The notes: a model not told the origin generated them from the letters alone. A DNA stretch of 23,038 nt from Atribacterota bacterium (GCA_038203565.1 JBBRDV010000017.1:1-23038), one strand, 5' to 3'; counted from the stretch's first letter, positions 1-8,782 are shown. Translations and numbers: made by a program.

Positions 1-1
1 A

Positions 2-139
2 TTAATCGGAATTATCTTAATTATGAGCAAGATTAAAAAAAGAGAAGATACTATTCCCTTTGGGCCCTTCATTGTCTTAGGTTCGCTCATCACCCTTTTA
101 TGGGGCAAGCAAATCATTTCTTGGTACTTAGGATTTTAA
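2..139 (+). CDS. pilD: Prepilin peptidase (A24), 3' end only; runs off the window start
   Basis: Manual translation LIGIILIMSKIKKREDTIPFGPFIVLGSLITLLWGKQIISWYLGF*; IPFGPF motif plus hydrophobic tail; upstream of pilin genes. Confidence 0.88.
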   Translation, partial: LIGIILIMSKIKKREDTIPFGPFIVLGSLITLLWGKQIISWYLGF

Positions 140-144
140 AAGAC

Positions 145-202
145 TTCTGTCATTCCCACCTGTCTGCTGTGCTTGCACAGGCAGGCAAAGTGGGAATCCA
201 GA
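145..202 (+). repeat. GTCATTCCC-family palindromic repeat with a nested ~26-nt hairpin insertion
   Basis: ttctgtcattcccac[160-185]caaagtgggaatccaga; removing the insert restores a 32-mer matching 11265-11296 with compensatory stem changes. Confidence 0.8.
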
Positions 203-239
203 TTTATTAAAAAATTATTTAAAATAGGAGAAAATATAT

Positions 240-455
240 ATGAAATTTTTAGTGGTTTTGGATCCAGCCGAAGAAGGAGGATTTAATGTTTCTGTTCCGG
301 CACTTGATGGCTGTTTTACTCAAGGTGAAAGTGAAGAAGATGCTATGAAGAATGCAAAAGAAGCAATACTTTGTTATTTAGAAGGAATGGAAAAAGTAAA
401 CGAAATAAAAACAAAGCCAGGACTTATTGCTAAAGAAGTAGAAGTTACTTTATGA
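240..455 (+). CDS. hicB: HicB-family antitoxin (short form, no DNA-binding domain)
   Basis: [33 protein letters not shown] motif; RBS AGGAG; ATGA overlap with hicA. Confidence 0.9.
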   Translation: MKFLVVLDPAEEGGFNVSVPALDGCFTQGESEEDAMKNAKEAILCYLEGMEKVNEIKTKPGLIAKEVEVTL

Positions 456-667
456 GTAAGACCTTTTCAGGACGAGAAGTAGTCAAAGCCCTTCATAGGA
501 TCGGATTTGTTATAGATCATCAGCGAGGTAGTCATATCTTTCTTCATAATCTGGAAAAGAATATTTCGATAGTAGTGCCAAATCACAAAGTAGTTAAAAA
601 AGGTACTTTAAATTCGATACTGAAGAAAGTAAATATTACCATTAAGGATTTAAAGGAACTAGTTTAA
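452..667 (+). CDS. hicA: HicA-family mRNA interferase toxin
   Basis: [23 protein letters not shown] motifs. Confidence 0.9.
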   Translation: MSKTFSGREVVKALHRIGFVIDHQRGSHIFLHNLEKNISIVVPNHKVVKKGTLNSILKKVNITIKDLKELV

Positions 668-770
668 CTGGAAATAAGCCAGAAGTAGTGGATAGATATT
701 ATGTCTTAATTTTCTTAACTGAAAACTTTATAATTAAAAATAATAAAAAAGAAAGATAAACAGATGCAGT

Positions 771-1244
771 ATGAAGCGCAGCAATAATCGTAATAAAGGA
801 TTCACTCTTATCGAATTAATGGTTGTAGTAGTGATAATATCTCTGTTGCTTGGTCTTTCTTTAAATGGATTAAACAATTTAATACAATGGAGTAAACTAA
901 ATACAGCGGCAGCACTTTTAAGCTCAGAATTAAAAAATACTCAATCAATGGCATTTTATGAAGGAATATGTTATAAAATAGAATTTTATGCAACTTTTGA
1001 TAGATACAGAGTTTATAAAGTGACAGAACTTTATAAAGAACTTTATAAAGATATACAATTAGAAGATATTGATTTATTTAATACTAATTTCACCGATAAC
1101 AATTTATATTTCTATCCAAGTGGAGTTCCCGGCCAAGGTGGAACCATTACTTTAAAAAATAAAAGAGGGAAGATTCTTTATGTAATTATGACTCCGGTAA
1201 CTGCCCGGGTAAGAATAAGTCCAGACCCTCCGGAGAATTGGTGA
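771..1244 (+). CDS. Type IV minor pilin, FimT/FimU/GspH-like
   Basis: Class III signal KG/FTLIELMVVVVII; C-terminal F-Y-P-S-G ... GGTITL ... TARVRI. Confidence 0.85.
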   Translation: MKRSNNRNKGFTLIELMVVVVIISLLLGLSLNGLNNLIQWSKLNTAAALLSSELKNTQSMAFYEGICYKIEFYATFDRYRVYKVTELYKELYKDIQLEDIDLFNTNFTDNNLYFYPSGVPGQGGTITLKNKRGKILYVIMTPVTARVRISPDPPENW

Positions 1245-1250
1245 ATAAAA

Positions 1251-1285
1251 TAGTATATAGTATATAGTATATGGTATGTAGTATA
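1251..1285. repeat. Heptamer tandem repeat (TAGTATA)x5, one unit degenerate
   Basis: tagtata tagtata tagtata tggtatg tagtata; complementary degenerate units at 1378-1390 and 1439-1464. Confidence 0.85.
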
Positions 1286-1479
1286 TAATTAAAGAAAGAG
1301 AAGAATGACTAAGAAGCTAAAAAATAGGGAATATATACATTAAGAGAAGTTATAAAGTATTTTTAGTCTTAAAAATTTACTCGATACTATCTTTCTTGAC
1401 TTGCGGATTAATCTGAATTATATTTTTGTTTTTGATTTTACTATATACTCGATACTACATACTATCTTTTTAATCGGCG

Positions 1480-3792
1480 GTGATTAAAATGCTAAAAATA
1501 AATAGAAAATTATCAAAAAATGGATTTACCCTGGTTGAATTGATGGTAGCAGTTGCAATTTTAGGGATTGCTTCTATTGGAATATTTCAGGCATTTACTG
1601 TGGGATTTCAGGCAATGGCTGATTCTAAAGACCGGACAGTTGCTACCAATATTGCTCAAAAAAAATTAGAAGAGGTAATAAATTCTGTATCAGTAGCCTA
1701 TCCTTACTACAGCATAGGATATCAGGAGCTTAATGGAAAAACCTTTACCATCATTGTAGTTACTAACTCTAAAGAAGATAATTTAGAACAAGTTATCGTC
1801 ACGGTAAGTTGGAAAAATAGAAACGGAATTGAAAAGAATGTGCAATTGGAAACTCTGGTCTATGATCTTAAAACTATCATTGTAGATAACCCTGATGTAG
1901 GGCGAATAGCCTTAAGCGCTAACCCTGAAACATTAACCTGCTGTATCGTTACAGAAACTTCCACCATTACAGCGGAATTATTTAATACTTCAACACCGGA
2001 AGAAAGGGTTCCCAGTGGAACCCCAGTGAGGTTTAGTGTAAACAATGGAAGTGTCAATCCCGAATTTACCGTTACTGATGCCTCAGGTAAAGCATATACC
2101 GATTTAACTATTAATGGCCTTGGACCAGCCACGGTTACTGCCAGTACCCTTACCGATGCAGGATTTATTAAAGAAACCATAACCGTCACTTGCACCCCGG
2201 AAGCAGGTGGAATATCTCTATCTGCTAACCCTTCTGCCATTACACCGGGAAGTTCTTCAACCATTACTGCCACGGTCACCGATACCTGTGGAAATGTATT
2301 ATCTGATGAATTAGGCCAAGTAGATGTAAAATTTGTAACTGATAAGGGTTCTTTTGATAATATAGTATTACCCACTGTTGAGACAACTGTCCCCACGGTT
2401 AATGGAATTGCCACGGTGAATTTATATATGAATACAAGCGGAGAAGTTGCCACGGTTACCGGAACTATAACTCCTGTTCCTGCTGAAGGAATCCCAATTT
2501 CTGGCTCAACCACTGTTCTTTGCACGGATTACAGCATCTCTTTAACGGCTAATCCTACCAGTATAAATCCGGGAGGTGAGAATAATTCTTCTACTATTAC
2601 CGCTGTACTAACCCAAACCGGTGGTAGTCCTGCAGTAGGAAAAACGGTATCATTTGCCACTGACAAGGGTTCATTGTCAGCTGCAACAGCTACAACAGAT
2701 AGTAATGGTCAAGCAATCGTTACTTTATCTTCACTATCAGGAGGGGATATTGCAATGATTACTGCCAGCTATATTATTTCAGGTGAAGATACGATTTCTG
2801 ATACTGCTACCGTTAAATGTACAGAACATGTGATTAATATTACCGCAGTTCCTGATAAAGTAATTCCTGGTATTCCTTCAACCATAACTGCCAAATTAAC
2901 TAATTACTTGGGGGTTCCCGCTTCTAATAAATTGGTAGATTTTTATACTACCAAAGGAGTTCTTGAGGATACCTCTATGTATACGAATAGCAGTGGTATT
3001 GCTACTACTACCTTAACCTTAAGCAATGTTGGTGAGGTGGCAAATGTTAGCGCATCTTTTGGATATACCAGTGATATTGTAAATGTAGAATGTATTGAAT
3101 TTATACTAACCTTAACTGCTGTTCCAACCTCGATAACACCGGGAGAGAGTTCCGAAATAACTGCTCTGATTACTAATTATTCAGGAACTCCGCAATCCGA
3201 TAAAACTGTTACTTTTACTACCGATAATGGTACCTTTACCGAAACAAGTAGCACTACCGCTACAGACGATACTAATACCAGCGGAGAAGCAACAGTCCAT
3301 CTAACTTTAAATACTAGTGGAACTACTGCCGTAGTAACTGCAACATACGGAGCGGCTAAGGCAACTGTCTCTGTTCAATGCTGGGAAACCTATATTACTT
3401 TAAATAATAATATTAGTTTTTGGTCATATTATGATAATCCTTCGAGTTATTCTATCAGATTTGATCTTTTTCTTCATGGCGGACCTTTAATTATTGATAA
3501 GGTAAAAATTGAGTGGGAAACATCTCATGGTAGTCCTTCAAGATATAGCAATATTTGGATAGAGATTCCCCCTGGAAGTAATCAAACTCAAATTTTTACC
3601 GGTACTTTTTCCAATAACGCTATTATTGTAACCCTTAATCGAAATTCTCCCTATACCATACCGGCAAATAGAAATTTTAGAATTTTAATTTATTTTAATA
3701 ATTCAATAAGAGATAGACATATTATATTTACTCTTAATCCGGATGATCCTCATGCAGAAAATTATCAAGTAGAATTTGATACTCCAAATTAA
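1480..3792 (+). CDS. Large PilV-like minor pilin with five Big-1 (invasin/intimin-like) Ig repeats and a distal domain
   Basis: NG/FTLVELMVAVAIL N-terminus; repeats I-x-L-x-A-x-P..STITA..V-x-F-x-T-x-x-G..T-D-x-x-G-x-A starting ~1906, 2212, 2536, 2833, 3106. Confidence 0.85.
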   Translation: MIKMLKINRKLSKNGFTLVELMVAVAILGIASIGIFQAFTVGFQAMADSKDRTVATNIAQKKLEEVINSVSVAYPYYSIGYQELNGKTFTIIVVTNSKEDNLEQVIVTVSWKNRNGIEKNVQLETLVYDLKTIIVDNPDVGRIALSANPETLTCCIVTETSTITAELFNTSTPEERVPSGTPVRFSVNNGSVNPEFTVTDASGKAYTDLTINGLGPATVTASTLTDAGFIKETITVTCTPEAGGISLSANPSAITPGSSSTITATVTDTCGNVLSDELGQVDVKFVTDKGSFDNIVLPTVETTVPTVNGIATVNLYMNTSGEVATVTGTITPVPAEGIPISGSTTVLCTDYSISLTANPTSINPGGENNSSTITAVLTQTGGSPAVGKTVSFATDKGSLSAATATTDSNGQAIVTLSSLSGGDIAMITASYIISGEDTISDTATVKCTEHVINITAVPDKVIPGIPSTITAKLTNYLGVPASNKLVDFYTTKGVLEDTSMYTNSSGIATTTLTLSNVGEVANVSASFGYTSDIVNVECIEFILTLTAVPTSITPGESSEITALITNYSGTPQSDKTVTFTTDNGTFTETSSTTATDDTNTSGEATVHLTLNTSGTTAVVTATYGAAKATVSVQCWETYITLNNNISFWSYYDNPSSYSIRFDLFLHGGPLIIDKVKIEWETSHGSPSRYSNIWIEIPPGSNQTQIFTGTFSNNAIIVTLNRNSPYTIPANRNFRILIYFNNSIRDRHIIFTLNPDDPHAENYQVEFDTPN

Positions 3793-3837
3793 ATTATTTT
3801 TTAAATAAATAAATTTTTAGTTTGAGGTTGTTAATAT

Positions 3838-4371
3838 ATGGTTTATTTAATTAAGAAAAATAGATATACCAAAAATCATAGAGGTTTTAGTTTAATAGAA
3901 TTAATGGTTGTAGTGGGAATCCTTTCCCTTATGGTACTTGGTTTAGTTACCTTTTTTAGTGGCGGTGCCCGTTCCTGGATTTCCGGACAGTCTCAATTAA
4001 AAGCTCAGCGAGAAGCCCGAATGGTTATGGACAGCATGGTCAAAGAAATAAGGGAGGGGAAAAAGGTTGAAAATGATAGTTATGAAAATGGTGTAACTAT
4101 TTCCTACCCTGCTATCTTAGGGAAAGGCGATGTTACTTTTGAATTAATTGATGATAAGATATACAGAAATGGTGTAAATATCTTGATTGATAATATACCC
4201 GGGGATGGGTTAATTTTTGATTATTTTGATAATGAAGAAAATCCAATAGCTGACCCTACGAGAGCCTCCAAAATGAGAATTAATTTAAAAGTTGATGTGG
4301 ATGGAGATACGAAACCGGATATTGTTATTGAAACTGAGGTAAATTTGAGAAATTATGGAGTAAATGGATAA
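3838..4371 (+). CDS. Type IV minor pilin, PilW/GspJ-like
   Basis: RG/FSLIELMVVVGIL; QREAR..MD.MVKEIRE helix; C-terminal V-N-L-R-N. Confidence 0.85.
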   Translation: MVYLIKKNRYTKNHRGFSLIELMVVVGILSLMVLGLVTFFSGGARSWISGQSQLKAQREARMVMDSMVKEIREGKKVENDSYENGVTISYPAILGKGDVTFELIDDKIYRNGVNILIDNIPGDGLIFDYFDNEENPIADPTRASKMRINLKVDVDGDTKPDIVIETEVNLRNYGVNG

Positions 4372-4388
4372 TTCCATTAATGAGGTGA

Positions 4389-6005
4389 TTGTTGATGAGA
4401 AACAAAATAAATTCAAATTTTATTATAAAACACCTAAAAAATAAAAAAGGCTTTGCTTTATTAGGTACTTTAATTTTGGTCTTTGTGGTTTCTACTTTTG
4501 GCATTGCTTTACTTACTATGACTCAAAATGATATAAAGCTTTCCACTCTTCAGAAAGCTTCCAAGGAAACTTTCTATATAGCTGAATCAGGGATTGAGCA
4601 TGCAATAAGCTATTTAGAAATTTTAGGTACACCGGATTTTCCAAGTCCGCACTATTTAACTGAAGAAAATGACGGTTATATTAATATAGGAAATGGTAAA
4701 TATAAAGCTTCCATTCAATCTGCTGGTACTTTTAGTTATATCATTCAATCTACCGGGGAAAGACCATGGACTAACACCAGCGGTAAAATCAGTAAAACAA
4801 TTGAATGTAAAGTCATTTTAGAAAATTTTGCCCTGTATGCTTATTTTTCTGATAATGAACTATTCCCTGAGGATATCGATCATAGTTATGGCGGGCAGAA
4901 GATTTGGTTTTATGGTAATGACCATATAGGTGGACCGTTGCATAGTAATGATAGACTACATATGGCTGGAACTCCTACATTTGATGGTCCCGTCACTTCA
5001 GCATGGAGGAATCCGGTTAATCCTTCGGATGTTTCCTGGGAAGCTTATGATAGTCAGACCAGACCCAACTTTTTAGGTAATCCGCTTTACGAAGGTGGGG
5101 TTAATCCTATTGAACTTCCTAAATTTCGTGAAATTAGTGATCCAACCGATGCAAAAAGTTTGCAAAGAATCGCAGCGGGTACAGAAGAATTAATTAATAC
5201 TTATCCCAATGGCGCCTATGTTCCCAATGATGGAAACAACGTCACTGATGGTATCTGGGTAAAAGGAAAAGTAGAAACTCTGGAATTAGGCATTGATGAT
5301 CAAGGGAATTCAGAGATTACCATCATTCAAACCGGAGGTACCAATAAAACCACCAAGATTACAAAAATTGAAACACCGGTTACCATTGATGGTACTACAT
5401 ATCCTTCAGGAACTACGCTTATTGATGTTTATCAAGGAACTACTCATGATTATAAGAACCCAAGCGGGTATCCTAATGGTGTTTTATACGTCGATGGGGA
5501 GATTAGGAATTTAAAATCCGTTGCCGGTGATGGATTAAAAGGTAAATTGACCATTGCCAGTAATAGTACGATTACCATTGGTGATAATATTCTATATAAA
5601 ACCAGAGTAGATGACCCTAACTGTTTTAATGTAACTGAGGAGGATCCTTATCCCAATATTCCTGATAGTTTGGGATTAGTTTCCGAAGGAGATATAATGA
5701 TTGACAAGGATGCACCGAACGACATAGAGATTGATGCCATAATAATGGCTTTAGGAACTTCCTTCTATTATGAAGGATGGAAAAACAATATGCAGGGTGA
5801 CCTAACCTTTCACGGCTCTTTTATTCAAAAACAACGTGGTCCGGTCGGTACCTTTAATAGTTGGGGAAAACAGTCTGGTTATACCAAAGATTATCAATTT
5901 GATACCAGAATGAGTATAGATAATCCGGATTTAGGGCAGTCTTTACCACCCTATTTCCCCACCACCGGAAAATATATTAAATTGTATTGGAAAGAAGTAG
6001 ACTAA
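4389..6005 (+). CDS. PilX-like minor pilin with a large C-terminal domain (DUF4900-like)
   Basis: KG/FALLGTL lacks Glu5 (PilX/GspK trait); FYIAESGIEHA motif; NFALYAYF, GPLHSN, GYTKDYQFD, PPYFP motifs; real start may be 4392 or 4395. Confidence 0.8.
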   Translation: MLMRNKINSNFIIKHLKNKKGFALLGTLILVFVVSTFGIALLTMTQNDIKLSTLQKASKETFYIAESGIEHAISYLEILGTPDFPSPHYLTEENDGYINIGNGKYKASIQSAGTFSYIIQSTGERPWTNTSGKISKTIECKVILENFALYAYFSDNELFPEDIDHSYGGQKIWFYGNDHIGGPLHSNDRLHMAGTPTFDGPVTSAWRNPVNPSDVSWEAYDSQTRPNFLGNPLYEGGVNPIELPKFREISDPTDAKSLQRIAAGTEELINTYPNGAYVPNDGNNVTDGIWVKGKVETLELGIDDQGNSEITIIQTGGTNKTTKITKIETPVTIDGTTYPSGTTLIDVYQGTTHDYKNPSGYPNGVLYVDGEIRNLKSVAGDGLKGKLTIASNSTITIGDNILYKTRVDDPNCFNVTEEDPYPNIPDSLGLVSEGDIMIDKDAPNDIEIDAIIMALGTSFYYEGWKNNMQGDLTFHGSFIQKQRGPVGTFNSWGKQSGYTKDYQFDTRMSIDNPDLGQSLPPYFPTTGKYIKLYWKEVD

Positions 6006-6042
6006 TCGTCTATAATTTATAATTAAATTAGGGAATATATAT

Positions 6043-6285
6043 ATGAACAGATTAAATAAATTGGTAATTATATTAATTATCGTTCTTTTAGTAGTTTTGG
6101 GGATTAGGTTTATGCAGTATAAAAATATAAAATATCAGGAAACAAATAAAGAAACAATCATTGAAAAAGAGATAGAAAATAAAATAGAAGAAGCGAAACC
6201 AGGCGAAAAAGAACCGATTGAACCTCCCAAACAGGAAGAATATGAAGGGGATAAGCAATCTGGAGATTCAATACTAATTTTTTAG
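6043..6285 (+). CDS. Small single-pass membrane protein with an acidic, Pro-containing tail
   Basis: N-terminal hydrophobic helix; lies between pilX and pilM; no family recognised. Confidence 0.6.
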   Translation: MNRLNKLVIILIIVLLVVLGIRFMQYKNIKYQETNKETIIEKEIENKIEEAKPGEKEPIEPPKQEEYEGDKQSGDSILIF

Positions 6286-6423
6286 TTCATTAATTTTTGT
6301 ATTGTTTATATTCATTTTAACTAATAATTCTTTTTTTAAAAATATTTATAAAAAAAAGAAGGATTTTCAAAAGGTTCTGTCGTATAATGTAAGTGTTATA
6401 ATATTTTATGGTAATATACTATA

Positions 6424-6463
6424 AGATTGGCACGACTAAATATGTTAGCTTCGCAATGACAGA
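6424..6463. repeat. Degenerate GAGATTGC...CGCAATGAC palindromic repeat
   Basis: agattggcacg...cttcgcaatgacaga; same ends as 8160-8197. Confidence 0.65.
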
Positions 6464-6468
6464 GAAGA

Positions 6469-6498
6469 TAGATTCCCGCTTTCGCGGGAATGACAGAA
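6469..6498 (-). repeat. GTCATTCCC-family palindromic repeat
   Basis: Reverse complement ttctgtcattcccgcgaaagcgggaatcta, near identical to 11265-11294. Confidence 0.9.
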
Positions 6499-6516
6499 AG
6501 GAAATAAAGAGTAGAT

Positions 6517-7584
6517 ATGTTTGCAATAGATTTTGGTTCACGGTCAATTAAAGTAGCAAAATTACAAAAGATAAGTGATAGTTATGAGCTGGTTAATTAT
6601 GGAATTATCCTTACCCCTGAAGGCGCTATCGCCAATGGTGAGATTTTCAATCCCATTGCTGTTGCCGATGCTTTGGCTGAATTGATAAAAGAATGCGGTA
6701 TAAGGGACAATAAGGCAATTATAGCCATCACCGGACAAAAAGTAATCATTAGAGAGATTGTCTTTCCTTTGATGGAAGATAAGGAATTGTTGTCAGGAGT
6801 AATGTGGGAAGCCCCCAAATATGTTCCCTATGATTTAGATGAATCTATTATCGATGTGGAGAAGGTAGAAGAATTTGTAGAAAAAGATGGCAATAAGATG
6901 ATGAAAGTACTTTTAGTAGCCGCTCCCAAGAGCACCATTCAACCCTATATGGATGTGTTAAAAAAAGCCAGGATAATACCAAAAATAGTAGATGTAGTTT
7001 CTTCTGCAAATATCAGAGCCTTTGAAAATCAACTTTATGATAAAAAAGAAGAAGAAAAGGAAGATTTAATCGTCGATATAATTTTATCTATAGGGGCAAG
7101 CAATACCATCCTTACTCTGGTGGAAAAAAGTCATTTAAAATTTACCCGAGATATTCTAGTGGGCGGAAATGATATGACTAAAGCCCTAGCCAAATCTTTG
7201 AATATCTCTTTTGATGAAGCAGAAAAGCTTAAAAGAGAAACCAAAATAGTATTAGGCCCAGAAGCAGAGGAAGAAAAGAAAAATGAAAGCGAAAAGATAA
7301 TAGAAAAAATATTAAATCAAGTAACTAAAGAAGTGCGAAAGTCACTGAGTTATTATAAAACGCAAAGTCAAAAAGTTAAATATAATAAGATGATATTATC
7401 CGGTGGTTGTGCTAATATAGATAATATTACAGATTTACTGAGTGAGCAATTCGAAATCCCGGTAATCATTGGAAATCCTCTTGAGAGTATAAAGATAGAC
7501 GAAAAAGTATTTGATATAAAAAGAATGAAAAAATTAGAAGATACCTTGGGCACGGTATTAGGGTTAGCAATGAGAGAAAGGTAA
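6517..7584 (+). CDS. pilM: Type IV pilus assembly protein PilM (actin-like)
   Basis: AIDFGSRSIK, VLLVAAPK, VGGNDMT, EAEKLK, ILSGGCA, LGLAMR motifs; first gene of MNOPQ. Confidence 0.93.
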   Translation: MFAIDFGSRSIKVAKLQKISDSYELVNYGIILTPEGAIANGEIFNPIAVADALAELIKECGIRDNKAIIAITGQKVIIREIVFPLMEDKELLSGVMWEAPKYVPYDLDESIIDVEKVEEFVEKDGNKMMKVLLVAAPKSTIQPYMDVLKKARIIPKIVDVVSSANIRAFENQLYDKKEEEKEDLIVDIILSIGASNTILTLVEKSHLKFTRDILVGGNDMTKALAKSLNISFDEAEKLKRETKIVLGPEAEEEKKNESEKIIEKILNQVTKEVRKSLSYYKTQSQKVKYNKMILSGGCANIDNITDLLSEQFEIPVIIGNPLESIKIDEKVFDIKRMKKLEDTLGTVLGLAMRER

Positions 7585-7591
7585 ATAAAAA

Positions 7592-8149
7592 ATGACCAAT
7601 ATTAATCTTCTACCAGTTGAGTATAGAGAAAAAGAAAAATTTAACATAAGAAGGTTATTAGTTATTTTTTTGTTTATTATCTTGATATTTGGTTCCGTAT
7701 ACCTTTATTTTTCTTTAGAAATGCAAATAGATTATAAGGAACAAGAGCTAAATTCAAAGAAGAGTGAATTAGCCTCAATTGAGAAAGTTATTCAAGAAGT
7801 AAAAAATCTGGAAAGAGATAAGGAAATAATTGAAGAGCGAATAAATATAATTCAGGGATTAATTGACAATCAATCTCATTTGTCCAGAATATTAGGAGAG
7901 TATAGTGCTTCGCTTCTGGATGAAGTTTGGTTTGATAACCTTTCTTTAAGCGCTAATCAAACTTTTGATTTTACCGCCAATACATTCAATAATTATTTGA
8001 TTGCAAAATATATGGTAACCTTAAAAGATGATCCTACTTTTGATAATATTGAGTTAGAATATGTCAGAAAGACCACCATCAAAGAAGAAGATACTGATGT
8101 AAAAATTGTGAATTTTAGCTTGTCAGGTATATTTATTCCAAAGAAATGA
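7592..8149 (+). CDS. pilN: Type IV pilus assembly protein PilN
   Basis: INLLP motif, TM helix, coiled coil, VWF. Confidence 0.92.
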   Translation: MTNINLLPVEYREKEKFNIRRLLVIFLFIILIFGSVYLYFSLEMQIDYKEQELNSKKSELASIEKVIQEVKNLERDKEIIEERINIIQGLIDNQSHLSRILGEYSASLLDEVWFDNLSLSANQTFDFTANTFNNYLIAKYMVTLKDDPTFDNIELEYVRKTTIKEEDTDVKIVNFSLSGIFIPKK

Positions 8150-8781
8150 GTGAATTAACGAGATTGCCGCGCACCAAAAACGGTGCTCGCAATGACAATA
8201 AGAATAGTAAAATAGGGGTTTTTCAGATGAAATTATCTAAAGGCACGGTGGCATTTGTAATATTTGTAATTTTGGTTGTCTTTGCTTACTTTAATTATAC
8301 TTATGTTTATCAGCCAAGAATGCAAAAAATTGAGCAATTGGATAAAGATATTGCGATTACTGCTGAGAAGATTGCTGAAGGAAAAAGAATTGCAGCAAAA
8401 CTCGGTGCTTTAAAAGTAGAATATAAAGCTTTATTGGAAAAATTAGAATTTTTAGAAGTAATGTTACCCCAAGAAAAGGAAATCCCCGATTTATTGGTAA
8501 TGATTCAGGACACTCTAACTGAATTTAATGTCGATTTTTCGACCTTTACTCCACAGAGTATTTCCTGGGAGCAAGATAGGATCTACGGGAGACTACCGAT
8601 AACTATGAGTTTAACAGCTGATTATTTTGATTTAATAGCTTATTTGGATAGGATAGAGAATCTTCCTCGAATAATTGATGTTAAAGAATTGAAATTAAAT
8701 AAAGCAGGGACAGAAGATGAAAAATTAAATATTTCTATCAATATGTTTGCATATGTTTTAGGAAAAGAGGGTTCTGAATAG
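8146..8781 (+). CDS. pilO: Type IV pilus assembly protein PilO; start is 8146 or 8227
   Basis: TM helix, coiled coil, LPQEKEIPDLL, IENLPRII motifs; the first 27 codons include a repeat. Confidence 0.88.
   Translation: MSELTRLPRTKNGARNDNKNSKIGVFQMKLSKGTVAFVIFVILVVFAYFNYTYVYQPRMQKIEQLDKDIAITAEKIAEGKRIAAKLGALKVEYKALLEKLEFLEVMLPQEKEIPDLLVMIQDTLTEFNVDFSTFTPQSISWEQDRIYGRLPITMSLTADYFDLIAYLDRIENLPRIIDVKELKLNKAGTEDEKLNISINMFAYVLGKEGSE
8160..8197. repeat. GAGATTGC...CTCGCAATGAC palindromic repeat inside the 5' end of the pilO ORF
   Basis: gagattgccgcgcaccaaaaacggtgctcgcaatgaca; internal stems ATTGC/GCAAT and GCACC/GGTGC. Confidence 0.8.
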
Positions 8782-8782
8782 A

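Noticed and set aside
668..720. Possible gene remnant KPEVVDRYYVL after hicA
   Set aside because: Too short to assign.
1251..1464. CRISPR array
   Set aside because: Contiguous 7-mers without unique spacers; no cas genes.
1860..2525. 221-aa minus-strand ORF inside the giant pilin
   Set aside because: Antisense shadow of Thr/Val/Gly-rich codons; no independent motif.
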